This document shows, one piece after another, positions 38,277-47,935 of a stretch of 64,000 nt of DNA. How positions within the stretch are numbered: position 1 is the stretch's first letter; the number at the start of each line of letters is the position of its first letter. The stretch spans positions 609 through 64,608 of the forward strand of contig CAMYIO010000033.1 in assembly GCA_947258515.1 (NCBI GenBank), written 5' to 3'. The position numbers and the translations under genes were made by a program. Under the pieces are notes generated by a model. That model was not told where the DNA came from. It was given only the letters and a program-made list of their open reading frames with translations, and did no database searches. Source of the DNA: an uncultured Ectothiorhodospiraceae bacterium (GTDB lineage Bacteria; Pseudomonadota; Gammaproteobacteria; UBA9214).

Positions 38277-40320
38277 CACCCTGCGCGTGGTCAGTCTGGG
38301 TTTCTCCTATGGGCAGGGTGCCGATGGCGTGTCCGAGTATTTCAAGCGACGCGGCACACGCCATTACGAATACATCATCTACGACAACCTTGGCCTGCTG
38401 TACCTGCAGAAGGAACGTTATAACGACGCCGCACAAACCTTCCAGGCGTTTGTGACACAAAACCCCATACATCGCCTGGCGCCCGGCTTCCAGATGCGCG
38501 TTATCGAGACCTATCAGCAAGGCAACTTCCCGACACTGGTACTGGAAAGCAAGGAGGCACTGGTCGATCAGTACAACCTGCAGAGTGAGTACTGGCAGCA
38601 TTACTCGCCAGAGGACAACCCGCAGGTACTGGATTACCTGAAGCTGGCCATGACTGACCTGTCCCGTCACTACCATGCACTGGCGCAGAAGGACAAGAAG
38701 CCGCAGGACTACCAGCAGGCCGCACACTGGTACCGGCGCTACCTGGGTTCATTCAGGGAGGATGCGGACGCGCCGCAGATGAATTTCCTGCTGGCCGAAC
38801 TGTTATTTGAATCCGGTGACTACCAGCAGGCCGCACTGGAATACGAAATTACCGCCTACGACTACGCCCCTCACGAGAACGCAGCAGCTGCCGGTTATGC
38901 GGCGGTACTCGCCTATGACAAACAGGAAGAGCGCCTGACAGGCAGCGCACAACAGGCGTGGCACCGGCAGTCTATCGAGTATGCCATCCGCTTTGCCAGC
39001 ACCTTCCCCCGGCATCCGCAGGCCATGGCTGTCCTTACCCGCAGCAGCGAACAGCTGCTGGCCAGCGGTGACCAGGAACGGGCAATACAGGTTGCGCAGT
39101 CAGTCATTGCCAGCGAGCAGGCCAGTGCCGTCCAGCAACGGGTTGCCTGGACGGTACAGGCACATGCCTACTTCGAGCAGGGAGATTTCCTGCAGGCTGA
39201 GGCCGCCTACCAGCAGGTACGCCAGCGCATGCCACGGGATAACAAGGAGTATGACAATATAAATGAGCGACTTGCCGCATCTATCTATAAACAGGGAGAA
39301 GCTGCGCAGGCGGCCGGTGAAACCGCCGACGCCGTCGCCCATTTCCGGCGGGTGCGTGAAGCCACACCCACGGCCTCCATCGTGGCCACCGCCGAATTCG
39401 ATGCGGCTGCCGGATTATTGTCACTACAACAATGGTCACAGGCTGCCGCCATGCTGGACCGTTTCCGCAACAGCTACCCGAATGATCCACGCCAGGACGA
39501 GGTAACGCGACGCCTCGCCACGGCTTACCTGGCCGAGGAGCAACCGCTGCAGGCCGCCCGCGAGTTCGAACGCATCGGCACCAGCCATGAGGACCCGACA
39601 TTGCGGCGTGAGGCACTCTGGCAAGCAGCGGAACTGTATACCGCGGCCGGCCAGCCGAACGAGTCCGTCGTGGCATACCAGCGCTACATCCAGCAATTTC
39701 CGCAACCCGTTGAACCAGCCGTCGAGGCACGGCAACGGATCGCTACACATTACGCGGCCAGCAACAACCTGGCGGAACAGCAGCGCTGGTTGAAGGACAT
39801 CATCAGGGCGGACCGGCAGGCGGGCAAGCAACGCAGTGACCGCACCCGCTATCTTGCCGCGCGCGCACAACTGACGCTTGCTGATAATGCCCATGAAAAC
39901 TACCGTCGCGCAAGACTGGTCCTGCCATTGAAGAAAAGCCTCGCTGTCAAGAAGCGCCTGATGCAATCGGCCATGCAGCAATACGAACAGGCCGCCGCTT
40001 ACCAGGTCGCCGAAGTCACCACGGCGGCCACCTTTCAAACGGCGCAGATCTATACGGAACTGGGCGTCGCCTTGCTGCAATCACAGCGACCGGCGAACCT
40101 GAGCGGCGAGCCCCTGGAGCAATACAACATTCTGCTGGAAGAACAGGCCTATCCGTTTGAAGAGCAGGCCATCACGCTGCATGAGACCAATGTGCAACGC
40201 ATCGAGTCCGGTCTGTACAACGCCTGGATCGAAAAAAGCCTGCAACAACTCGCGCAACTGGTGCCGGCCCGGTATGCCAAACTGGAAAGAGGGGCGCCCT
40301 ATGTCACCGCACTTAAATAA
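38269..40320 (+). CDS. TPR protein, 3' fragment of the same split gene
   Basis: Continues the TPR array (RRELVDDTLRVVSLGF... after removing one repeat copy). It has no start codon or Shine-Dalgarno of its own. Confidence 0.6.
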   Translation: MDDTLRVVSLGFSYGQGADGVSEYFKRRGTRHYEYIIYDNLGLLYLQKERYNDAAQTFQAFVTQNPIHRLAPGFQMRVIETYQQGNFPTLVLESKEALVDQYNLQSEYWQHYSPEDNPQVLDYLKLAMTDLSRHYHALAQKDKKPQDYQQAAHWYRRYLGSFREDADAPQMNFLLAELLFESGDYQQAALEYEITAYDYAPHENAAAAGYAAVLAYDKQEERLTGSAQQAWHRQSIEYAIRFASTFPRHPQAMAVLTRSSEQLLASGDQERAIQVAQSVIASEQASAVQQRVAWTVQAHAYFEQGDFLQAEAAYQQVRQRMPRDNKEYDNINERLAASIYKQGEAAQAAGETADAVAHFRRVREATPTASIVATAEFDAAAGLLSLQQWSQAAAMLDRFRNSYPNDPRQDEVTRRLATAYLAEEQPLQAAREFERIGTSHEDPTLRREALWQAAELYTAAGQPNESVVAYQRYIQQFPQPVEPAVEARQRIATHYAASNNLAEQQRWLKDIIRADRQAGKQRSDRTRYLAARAQLTLADNAHENYRRARLVLPLKKSLAVKKRLMQSAMQQYEQAAAYQVAEVTTAATFQTAQIYTELGVALLQSQRPANLSGEPLEQYNILLEEQAYPFEEQAITLHETNVQRIESGLYNAWIEKSLQQLAQLVPARYAKLERGAPYVTALK

Positions 40321-40455
40321 AGCACCCTACCTCCATAGCTGCATTCCCTCTTTCCCAGGAGAGGGCCACGACTGCAGGGATGCAGGAGGTAGGGCACCAA
40401 AAGCAGGCGCTTTAGCGACGCATGGCGCAGTTGCCGAGGGAGAGGGGAAAGACAG

Positions 40456-41064
40456 ATGAAGTTGAAACATGCGCTGGCACTGCTATTCATTGCCATCTGC
40501 CTGCTGCTAATAAATGGCTGCACGAACACCCGCAGCCATCAACCGGCGCTCATTGCAACGCCCACGGCAGACATTAAATCCGGGTATCAAAGCGCACTGC
40601 TAGCGATGCAGGCCGAACAATGGCAGCCAGCCCGCGAGCAACTCACTGAAATAACGACCCAACAACCCTCACTCTCCGGACCCTGGGTCAACCTGGGTAT
40701 CACCCGGACCATGCTCGGTGATCACGCCGGTGCCGAGAGCGCCTTCAAGAAAGCTATCGATACCAACAGCCGGAATATCGAGGCCTACAACCAGCTCGGC
40801 ATGCTCTACCGGCGTCACAGCCGTCTCGATGAAGCGCAATTCATCTACGAGGAAGCGCTGCGACGCGACCCGGACAACAGCAACATCCATTGGAACCTTG
40901 GCATCCTCTATGACCGCTACCTGCCGAATCCGCGCCAGGCCTTGCAGCACTACCAGCGCTACCAGAAGCTCACCGCGTCCGACGATCCCCGCTTACTGGC
41001 ATGGATTGCCGAACTGGAGGCACGCAATCCCGGCGACAACGTGACTGCGAAGGTAAAACCATGA
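40456..41064 (+). CDS. TPR lipoprotein
   Basis: Lipobox LLINGCT, then 4-5 TPRs. Confidence 0.65.
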   Translation: MKLKHALALLFIAICLLLINGCTNTRSHQPALIATPTADIKSGYQSALLAMQAEQWQPAREQLTEITTQQPSLSGPWVNLGITRTMLGDHAGAESAFKKAIDTNSRNIEAYNQLGMLYRRHSRLDEAQFIYEEALRRDPDNSNIHWNLGILYDRYLPNPRQALQHYQRYQKLTASDDPRLLAWIAELEARNPGDNVTAKVKP

Positions 41065-41339
41065 TGCGTACAACGTTCCACAGGCTGTTGCCTGCCATAC
41101 TGCTGAGCACGGCCTTGCAGGCACACGCCGAGGACACACTGACGCTCGATGGTGCCACCATTGTCGGTAACCGTGAATTACCCAAGGCACTGCACATCGT
41201 GCCCTGGAAATCGGCTGAAGCCGGTGAACTGGCCGGCCGTCCCATGAACAGCCTGGTCGATGAAATCCTCGCACCCGTAGACCGTGACGTGTTCCTCAGG
41301 GAACTCGAGTACTACGAAGCAGTTCACGGTATTGAATGA
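41061..41339 (+). CDS. small secreted hypothetical protein
   Basis: ATGATG overlap with the upstream stop. Signal peptide MMRTTFHRLLPAILLSTALQAHA. Confidence 0.45.
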   Translation: MMRTTFHRLLPAILLSTALQAHAEDTLTLDGATIVGNRELPKALHIVPWKSAEAGELAGRPMNSLVDEILAPVDRDVFLRELEYYEAVHGIE

Positions 41340-41422
41340 ACACATCAGTAATCTTTACCCGGTAGTTTTGAAAATCCCGGACTGAGAGCTGGTTTTGCCA
41401 CTGCTAAGGTTTTGGCTAAATC

Positions 41423-41474
41423 CTGCAGGAGCGCCGTCCCCGGCGCGAATCGCGGCGAGACGCCGCTCCTGCAG
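41423..41474. repeat. REP-like palindromic element (type A, copy 3, no spacer)
   Basis: ctgcaggagcgccgtccccggcgcgaatcgcggcgagacgccgctcctgcag. Confidence 0.55.
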
Positions 41475-41572
41475 TAAGCTTTTATACAATGCCGGATTGT
41501 TCCAACATCGCATACAGCGTGAAAGACGAGCACCACCAGATATATTCTAGACACGATAAACAGGAGCAGCCT

Positions 41573-42198
41573 ATGGACGCTTACACCACCATTGTCGGAT
41601 TCTTCCAGTCCGGCGGCTTATTCATGTACCCGATAGTGCTGATGAGCGCTACATCTATCTCAGCATGGCCAGGACCAGCAATCACCGCATCTGGAAAAAA
41701 CTCCAGCCACTGTTGCAAAAGGGCGATTATCTGCAGGTTGCCATGGTCACCGAGAAGTCCCGTTCCGCCATCAGCCACATCTTCAGTTACGGTCTCAACC
41801 GCGCACGCACCTCGCGCCGCCGCGATGATGTCGAGATCGCCATGGAGGAGGGCCTGATGGAGACCGTACCCAACCTTGAAAAACGCACCCCCTACCTGGC
41901 CACCTTTGCCAATATCGCGACCCTGCTGGGGTTGCTGGGGACCATTATCGGCCTGATCCAGGCGTTTACCGCCGTTGCCGCCGCAAACCCTGCCGAGAAG
42001 GCCGACATGCTGTCCGCAAGTATCTCGGTCGCCATGAACACCACGGCCTTCGGCCTGATGGTCGCCATCCCGTTGCTGCTGATATACGCCGTGCTGCAGA
42101 CCAAGACCACGCAACTGGTCGACAGTCTCGAAATGGCCTCGGTGAAGTTCCTGAACCTGTTAACTGAACGGCCGCTCGGCGAGGCCAAGGCCGGATGA
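41573..42198 (+). pseudogene. exbB: MotA/TolQ/ExbB-family proton channel, frameshifted near 41665
   Basis: N-terminus MDAYTTIVGFFQSGGLFMYPIVLMSATSI in one frame. The remainder, ...RIWKKLQPLLQKGD...GLLGTIIGLIQAF...MVAIPLLLIYAVLQ, is in the 41665 frame. AGGAG Shine-Dalgarno before 41573. Confidence 0.6.
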
Positions 42199-42719
42199 GA
42201 CGCCGCCTGCGTCGCCGCGCCGGGCAGCACGAACCGGCCGACATCAATATCACTGCCTTCATGAACCTGATGGTGATCCTGGTGCCGTTCCTGCTCATCA
42301 CGGCGGTGTTCTCGCGCATCACTATACTGGAACTGAATCTGCCGGCCGCGAGCGCCGGCCAGGCCGACAGCGAGCACGCCTTCCAGCTGGAGATCATCGT
42401 GCGTGCTGACATGATCGAGGTAGGCGACCGCAACGGCGGCCTGATCAGGCGCATCCCCGCAAACGAGGCAGGGCAAGACTACCGGCAATTATCGGAGCTG
42501 TTACAACAGGTGAAGGCTCGCTTCCCCGAGAAGCTCGACGCCATGCTGTTGCTGGAGGCCGACATTTCCTACGACACCGTGGTACAGGCCATGGACAGCA
42601 TCCGCGTGGCGCCGGTTGTGCAGGCCGGCACGTTACAGCTGGCCGAACTGTTTCCGGAAATCGCCATTGGCGATGCACCTGCTGACAACAGCAAAGTCGC
42701 CAGCAACAAGGGTCCGTAA
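42195..42719 (+). CDS. exbD: ExbD/TolR-family biopolymer transport protein
   Basis: ADINITAFMNLMVILVPFLL transmembrane helix plus periplasmic domain. ATGA overlap with exbB. Confidence 0.8.
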   Translation: MRRRLRRRAGQHEPADINITAFMNLMVILVPFLLITAVFSRITILELNLPAASAGQADSEHAFQLEIIVRADMIEVGDRNGGLIRRIPANEAGQDYRQLSELLQQVKARFPEKLDAMLLLEADISYDTVVQAMDSIRVAPVVQAGTLQLAELFPEIAIGDAPADNSKVASNKGP

Positions 42720-42721
42720 TC

Positions 42722-43228
42722 ATGATCCATTCGCGTCGTGCAGATCGTATGAATCGTCACCACAAACGGGCCGGCCGCAACACCGGCATCAACCTGGTGT
42801 CGCTGATGGACATTTTCACCATCCTGGTGTTCTTCCTGCTGGTGAACTCATCCGACGGTGAGGTACTGCCAACACAAAAGTCCGTGAAACTGCCCGAGTC
42901 GGTCGCCGAAGAACAGCCTCGCATGGCGCTGGTCGTCATGATCAATGAAACTGATATCATGATTCATGGCAAGGTCATCACCAGCACAGAAGCTGTGCTG
43001 AACGCAGATGCTGGCGCCACAGACCTGCTGAGAACAGCCCTGCAGGCTGAACTCGGGAAATCCGCGCAGCAGGATAAAAACGGCAAGCCCGTCAAACACG
43101 AGGCCACCATTATGGGTGACCGCGATATCCCCTACAGGATTCTGAAACAGGTGATGGCGAGCTGCACCGAAGCGGGGTTTGCGCGCATTTCACTGGCGGT
43201 ATTGCAAAAGCCACTGCAGGAGAGCTAA
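42722..43228 (+). CDS. exbD: ExbD/TolR-family biopolymer transport protein (second copy)
   Basis: GINLVSLMDIFTILVFFLLV transmembrane helix plus periplasmic domain. Confidence 0.8.
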   Translation: MIHSRRADRMNRHHKRAGRNTGINLVSLMDIFTILVFFLLVNSSDGEVLPTQKSVKLPESVAEEQPRMALVVMINETDIMIHGKVITSTEAVLNADAGATDLLRTALQAELGKSAQQDKNGKPVKHEATIMGDRDIPYRILKQVMASCTEAGFARISLAVLQKPLQES

Positions 43229-43231
43229 GCC

Positions 43232-44242
43232 ATGACGAGCTACAGTCACGCGCTCACCATGCCATGGACCTATAGCGCCGAAAGCGATGACCGCTATCAG
43301 CGTATCCTGCGTATCAATCTGGTGTTGTGCCTGTTGTTCGGCATTGCCATGCCGTTTCTGCCGCTGTCAGAGAGGGACGAGCCGATAATTGAAGAACCAC
43401 CGCGCCTTGCGACCCTGATCCTTGAAGTAAAACCGGTTCCGCCACCACCCAAACCGAAACCGGTCCCGAAACCACTGCCGAAAAAGGTCACCCAGCCGGA
43501 ACCAAAGCCCGTACCGAAGAAGGCCGTGGCGCCGAAAAAGACCGTGACGCCTGCAAAGCCGGTACCGAAGGTTGCCAAGGCAGCCCCGGTAAAACCCGTG
43601 CAGGCGAAGCCGGTACCGGTAAAGCCCAGGGTTACGGCACGGCAAAAGGCCGAGAAGTCCGGCCTGCTGGCGCTAACAGACAGCCTTGCTGACATGCGCC
43701 AGGGCACCAGTAGCAGTAACCTGCGTAAAACAAACCAACTGTCACAGAACGGCGGGCAGGCCCGCACCACCGAGCGTGCGCTACTGACCAGCGGCACCAC
43801 CCGTTCCAGCGGCGGCATCCAGACCGCCAGCCTGAGCCGCAATACCGGCGGCGGTGAACTGGCAACACGTTCCACCACACAGGTACAGAGTCCGGGAGGC
43901 ACTACCGCCAGCGGTGGTACAGTGGGCAACAGTGACAGGGGAACACGCAGCGCCGGGCGCAGCATCGAAGAGATCCAGATGGTTTTCGACCGCAACAAGG
44001 GGGCCATCTACAGTGTCTACAACCGTGCCCTCAGGAAGGACCCGACCCTGCAGGGTAAAGTCGTTCTGCAACTCACCATCGCCCCGTCCGGCAAGGTGAC
44101 CCGCTGTGAACTGGTCTCCAGTGAACTGCACGATGCCACCCTCGGCCAAAAGATTACGCAACGCGTCAAGCTCTTCAATTTCGAATCCAAAGACGTCAGC
44201 GAAATCACCATCACCTATCCCATCGATTTCCTGCCCGCCTGA
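43232..44242 (+). CDS. TonB-family energy transducer (Pro/Lys-rich spacer + TonB C-terminal domain)
   Basis: Transmembrane helix, (PxP/KP)n spacer PVPPPPKPKPVPKPLPKK..., and a C-terminal TonB-type domain (VVLQLTIAPSGKV...ITITYPIDF). Confidence 0.75.
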   Translation: MTSYSHALTMPWTYSAESDDRYQRILRINLVLCLLFGIAMPFLPLSERDEPIIEEPPRLATLILEVKPVPPPPKPKPVPKPLPKKVTQPEPKPVPKKAVAPKKTVTPAKPVPKVAKAAPVKPVQAKPVPVKPRVTARQKAEKSGLLALTDSLADMRQGTSSSNLRKTNQLSQNGGQARTTERALLTSGTTRSSGGIQTASLSRNTGGGELATRSTTQVQSPGGTTASGGTVGNSDRGTRSAGRSIEEIQMVFDRNKGAIYSVYNRALRKDPTLQGKVVLQLTIAPSGKVTRCELVSSELHDATLGQKITQRVKLFNFESKDVSEITITYPIDFLPA

Positions 44243-44507
44243 TCCCGATTCCCGGGCCGCACATGCCTTTGTCCGTTGTTGCCGCTATACTGCGCGCAGA
44301 CACTGGCAAGAGTAGCTTTGACGAATGGTCGAAAGATCGAGGCCGTGAAGATATTGCGTCGCGACAGGATTCATTGATAGCACAAAAGCAGACATAGTGG
44401 AGTAGTGCTCCTGCATAAATTATCGCACGAGCTGACTCGGGAAAGTATTGTGGCGCTTGTCGTTGTACTTCCCGATCGCTCAGCTCGACTATAATGATAT
44501 GTACGCC

Positions 44508-44855
44508 ATGAATAAACTAATGACAACCCTGTACTTTGCCTTTACCTTGTTGATTCCGCAGGCGTCAGCCGAAATGATTGAGCGTGTTGATCAAAATGGA
44601 GTGATCTATTTTACATCAGGCCAGGCTGCACATGAGGTCATTATGTACGGCGTAACAAACTGCGGCTATTGCCGAAAAGCACGCCAGTATTTTTCGAAAC
44701 ACGGTATCGACTATGTAGAATACAATATCAACAAGTCTTCAAAGCGCTTGAAAGAATTCAGACGCATGGGAGGACGCGGCACACCGCTGATCCTGATTGA
44801 TGGCAGAAAAATACAGGGTTTCAACACGCGCGCCATCGAAGCGGCATTGAAATAG
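44508..44855 (+). CDS. secreted DUF4124-glutaredoxin fusion protein
   Basis: Signal peptide, DUF4124-like ERVDQNGVIYFTS, then glutaredoxin fold with CGYC active site and GTPLILIDG. Confidence 0.65.
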   Translation: MNKLMTTLYFAFTLLIPQASAEMIERVDQNGVIYFTSGQAAHEVIMYGVTNCGYCRKARQYFSKHGIDYVEYNINKSSKRLKEFRRMGGRGTPLILIDGRKIQGFNTRAIEAALK

Positions 44856-44864
44856 TACTCAACC

Positions 44865-45305
44865 ATGAATAATGAAAACAACAGTATTGTCTCGCAACTA
44901 CGGCGCAATGCGGTCGCGTTAATCAGTCTCGTGATCGCCGTCAGCAGCCTGAGTTACAATACCTGGCGTAATGAAAAAACAGAAGACAATCGTAACCAGC
45001 GTTTTGCTGCATTTGAAATTCTCCTGAAGCTGGGCGAGTTGCAGCAGGTTGTCTTCCATCATCACTACGACAAGGACAAGGCAGACAAAGGAAACCCCCG
45101 TACCGGCTGGAGCTACGTCCTGACAGTACGTGATTTATCCCGGGTATTGCACCCGCCATTACCCGACACAGCTGATAAATTGCTCACTGTATGGAGCGAA
45201 AACTGGGAAGGGCTGGACAAAAACATCACGAATGTTGACTCGATTTTGGCTGGCATAGACGAGATGCGTGGCGAAACACTGCAATTACTCGACTCGCTTG
45301 AATGA
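44865..45305 (+). CDS. hypothetical membrane-anchored protein
   Basis: One transmembrane helix (AVALISLVIAVSSL). Low GC, no recognisable family. Confidence 0.4.
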   Translation: MNNENNSIVSQLRRNAVALISLVIAVSSLSYNTWRNEKTEDNRNQRFAAFEILLKLGELQQVVFHHHYDKDKADKGNPRTGWSYVLTVRDLSRVLHPPLPDTADKLLTVWSENWEGLDKNITNVDSILAGIDEMRGETLQLLDSLE

Positions 45306-45377
45306 TATTCATGCACGAATATTCCGTTACACTGCGCGCCGATGCATTATGGCAGCTGCATACAAGGAGAGAATAGA

Positions 45378-45791
45378 ATGTTGAAACGCCCGTTTATAGC
45401 TGTCGTGGTAATTTTCATAGCCTGGTCGCTGCTCGATTTTGTGATCCATGGCCTGCTCTTGCAGGAGACATACGAAGCAACAGCCAGTCTGTGGCGTCCC
45501 ATGGAAGAGATGAACATGACGCTCATGTACATCGTCACGCTGGCATACACTGTCTGCTTCGTTGCGATTTATGATGTCTTCGTCAGTCAGAAATCTGTTT
45601 CAACCGGTATAAAATACGGCGCGCTGTTCGGTTTAGCGGCCGGCATATCAATGGGCTTCGGTTCCTACACGTTCATGCCAATACCCTGGTCTCTGGCATT
45701 AAGCTGGTTTACAGGAACACTGGTTGAATCAATCGTGGCAGGCGCACTGGCTGGTGCCATCATAAAACAGTCGGATAACCGACCCCTATGA
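45378..45791 (+). CDS. hypothetical integral membrane protein
   Basis: Three to four transmembrane helices. Start placed at the MLKRPF ATG. Confidence 0.45.
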   Translation: MLKRPFIAVVVIFIAWSLLDFVIHGLLLQETYEATASLWRPMEEMNMTLMYIVTLAYTVCFVAIYDVFVSQKSVSTGIKYGALFGLAAGISMGFGSYTFMPIPWSLALSWFTGTLVESIVAGALAGAIIKQSDNRPL

Positions 45792-46090
45792 ATCGTCGGC
45801 ATGGCAGGTCAATCATGCCCACACGATCTATCTGTGCCTTTCTGTTTGTATCACTGCCGTTTTCAATGACTGCCTGTGCCTGGATGCAGCAGCCCGATAA
45901 TCCTGAAGATACCGGCCTGAGCCTGCAAACAACAGAATTCGATGGCCTGGAACGCAGCTATTATTTGCATTTGCCACCCGACTATAACGCCGCTTCCAGG
46001 CTGCCTGTTGTGTTCGTGCTTCATGGCGGCGGCAAGGCAGACGGCGACGAGGTAGCCAGCAGAACGGGGGCGGATCACCGGGATGCCTGA
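45788..46090 (+). pseudogene. esterase/PHB-depolymerase-family protein, N-terminal remnant
   Basis: Lipoprotein signal plus ERSYYLHLPPDYNAASRLPVVFVLHGGGK. The frame stops after 100 aa, about one third of family length. Confidence 0.5.
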
Positions 46091-46199
46091 TACCCTGCAG
46101 GACAACACACCCCGATAAAATTACGTGAGGTTTATCGTTGGGTATGGCCGTGTATCCTGGTAATTCCAGTCAAACTGTATTAGTGACAAAGGCTTCATT

Positions 46200-46742
46200 G
46201 TGCGAAAAATGTCCGTCATCGTTGTTATTATTGCCAGCGTTCTGGGTTATGGATACTGGCATTCATTGACCCATGCTGCTTTTCATGTACAGCTGGATTT
46301 CAAGGATCATGACAATGGAACAGAGGAAATCCTTCCAAGGGTCGGGATTGATTTTCTGGACACGGAGGGACGTGTGTTAGCTCAGGGTGTAAGCGACGAA
46401 CACTATAACTATGTGCATCTGATACACCCGGAAGTCGGTGACTGCCGTCAGGCAGAAGAGTCCGCCCCATTTTCAGGCGAAGGCAGAAATGCCTGGCAGA
46501 CATGTTTTGAACACCTGTCTACCTGGATAGCCACCTGGGCCGGCAAGGTTAGCCGGGTAAACGTGAATACTGACCGTTGTACCCGGAGAAATCTCCCCGT
46601 GACCGTTTCAGAAAGTAATTCCGACTGGTTTCTCTGGTGGGTCCCTCACCCCCATATAGGTGGAAATCCGTACAAGTATTATAGTTTATCGATCACAGTC
46701 GATGAAAAAGATTGCGCCAACCAGGTAATGACGCCTGATTGA
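46200..46742 (+). CDS. hypothetical protein with N-terminal membrane anchor
   Basis: 180-aa ORF in a low-GC segment. No recognisable family. Confidence 0.4.
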   Translation: MRKMSVIVVIIASVLGYGYWHSLTHAAFHVQLDFKDHDNGTEEILPRVGIDFLDTEGRVLAQGVSDEHYNYVHLIHPEVGDCRQAEESAPFSGEGRNAWQTCFEHLSTWIATWAGKVSRVNVNTDRCTRRNLPVTVSESNSDWFLWWVPHPHIGGNPYKYYSLSITVDEKDCANQVMTPD

Positions 46743-46782
46743 TACATTCGAATGCAAGCAGGATTGGGCTATTTAAAAGAAC

Positions 46783-47019
46783 ATGGCAGATAAACTGCAT
46801 AATGCTGGCATCGCACTCGCGATTTTCCTGATTTCTTTGCCCCTCGCCATATTCGTCACGATCTTGTTACTACCATTATGGAAGTGGCTCGAATCAACGT
46901 TTAAAATCGAGTCCATTGGTCACTCGGGTCCGTCGGAGTGGTGTTATTGGACGAGCTACTTCATTATTGTGAGCTGTTTTTGTTTAATCTGGTGGAAAAA
47001 ACGACGCACCGGTACCTGA
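46783..47019 (+). CDS. hypothetical small membrane protein
   Basis: 78 aa with two hydrophobic helices. Weak call. Confidence 0.3.
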   Translation: MADKLHNAGIALAIFLISLPLAIFVTILLLPLWKWLESTFKIESIGHSGPSEWCYWTSYFIIVSCFCLIWWKKRRTGT

Positions 47020-47070
47020 TAGCGTCATTGATGGCATACTACGCAAACCCGATTCAGGGGACTGGTTAAC

Positions 47071-47388
47071 ATGGCATGGATCTATCTTATTCTCGCAGGA
47101 CTGTTTGAAATTGGCTGGCCGGTAGGCCTGAAAATGGCACAAGTGCCTGAGTCCCGGATATCAGGTGTCATTATTGCCGTTGCCTGCATGGGCATCAGCG
47201 GGTTATTACTGTGGCTCGCCCAGAAACAGATTCCGCTCGGCACCTCGTACGCAGTGTGGACGGGTATCGGTGCGGCCGGCACCTTCCTGGTGGGCATCAT
47301 GTTCTATGGCGATGCCGCCAGCCTCGGCAGATACCTCGGCATCATCCTGATCATTGGCGGCGTTGTGACACTGAAACTGGCCCACTGA
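47071..47388 (+). CDS. sugE: SMR-family transporter (SugE/Gdx-type)
   Basis: 105 aa, four transmembrane helices, conserved membrane Glu in LFEIGWP, and the typical SugE C-terminus. Confidence 0.8.
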   Translation: MAWIYLILAGLFEIGWPVGLKMAQVPESRISGVIIAVACMGISGLLLWLAQKQIPLGTSYAVWTGIGAAGTFLVGIMFYGDAASLGRYLGIILIIGGVVTLKLAH

Positions 47389-47422
47389 AATCGTCCGCCA
47401 TTCATGCACGCATAACCCCAAG

Positions 47423-47935
47423 ATGATCAAGTGGATTGAACACCTCAACAACAGCGTACTGCATCACCATGGCACCCGCCTGATTGGTGGGTTCCCTGAA
47501 CCTTTCTACAAGGCAGCGGAAATCGGCTCACTGGCCGAGGTACAATTTACCCGCGACTACGAACGCAGCGCCCTGCACGAACTGGGACACTGGTGTATCG
47601 CCGGTAAACAGCGGCGACTCATGAACGACTACGGTTACTGGTATGTACCGGACGGCCGTTCTGACAAGCAGCAACGCCTTTTCTATACGGTAGAAGCCAA
47701 ACCGCAGGCCGTGGAAAAACATTTCTGTGCAGCACTGGAACTGGCTTTCGAGGTCAGTGCTGATAACCTCGGCAATTATTCCCGCGCCGACATGGATGCA
47801 TTCAGTGACCGCGTCGAAGAACAGTACAGGTCCTACCAGAGAACAGGCTTTCCAGCACGGGCCACTGACATATTCGAGTGCCTGCGGCAGTGGCATTCTG
47901 AAACCCGGAGCAGGGCGGTGACCAACCCATTATGA
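47423..47935 (+). CDS. epmC: elongation factor P hydroxylase (EpmC/YfcM family)
   Basis: ALHELGHWCIAGKQRRLMNDYGYWYVPDGR matches YfcM HEISHWCIAGKARR...DFGYWYCPDGR. Confidence 0.75.
   Translation: MIKWIEHLNNSVLHHHGTRLIGGFPEPFYKAAEIGSLAEVQFTRDYERSALHELGHWCIAGKQRRLMNDYGYWYVPDGRSDKQQRLFYTVEAKPQAVEKHFCAALELAFEVSADNLGNYSRADMDAFSDRVEEQYRSYQRTGFPARATDIFECLRQWHSETRSRAVTNPL

Noticed and set aside
37512-40320. Treating 37512-38276 and 38269-40320 as two genuine genes
   Set aside because: The second ORF lacks a start context, and removal of one copy of the 10-bp tandem repeat fuses them in frame. They are reported as fragments of one gene.
46980-47070. Possible guanidine riboswitch (mini-ykkC/ykkC) upstream of sugE/gdx
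   Set aside because: No pair of hairpins with ACGR tetraloops or a ykkC-like conserved core could be found. The only GGTG...CACC hairpin candidate lies inside the preceding small ORF.
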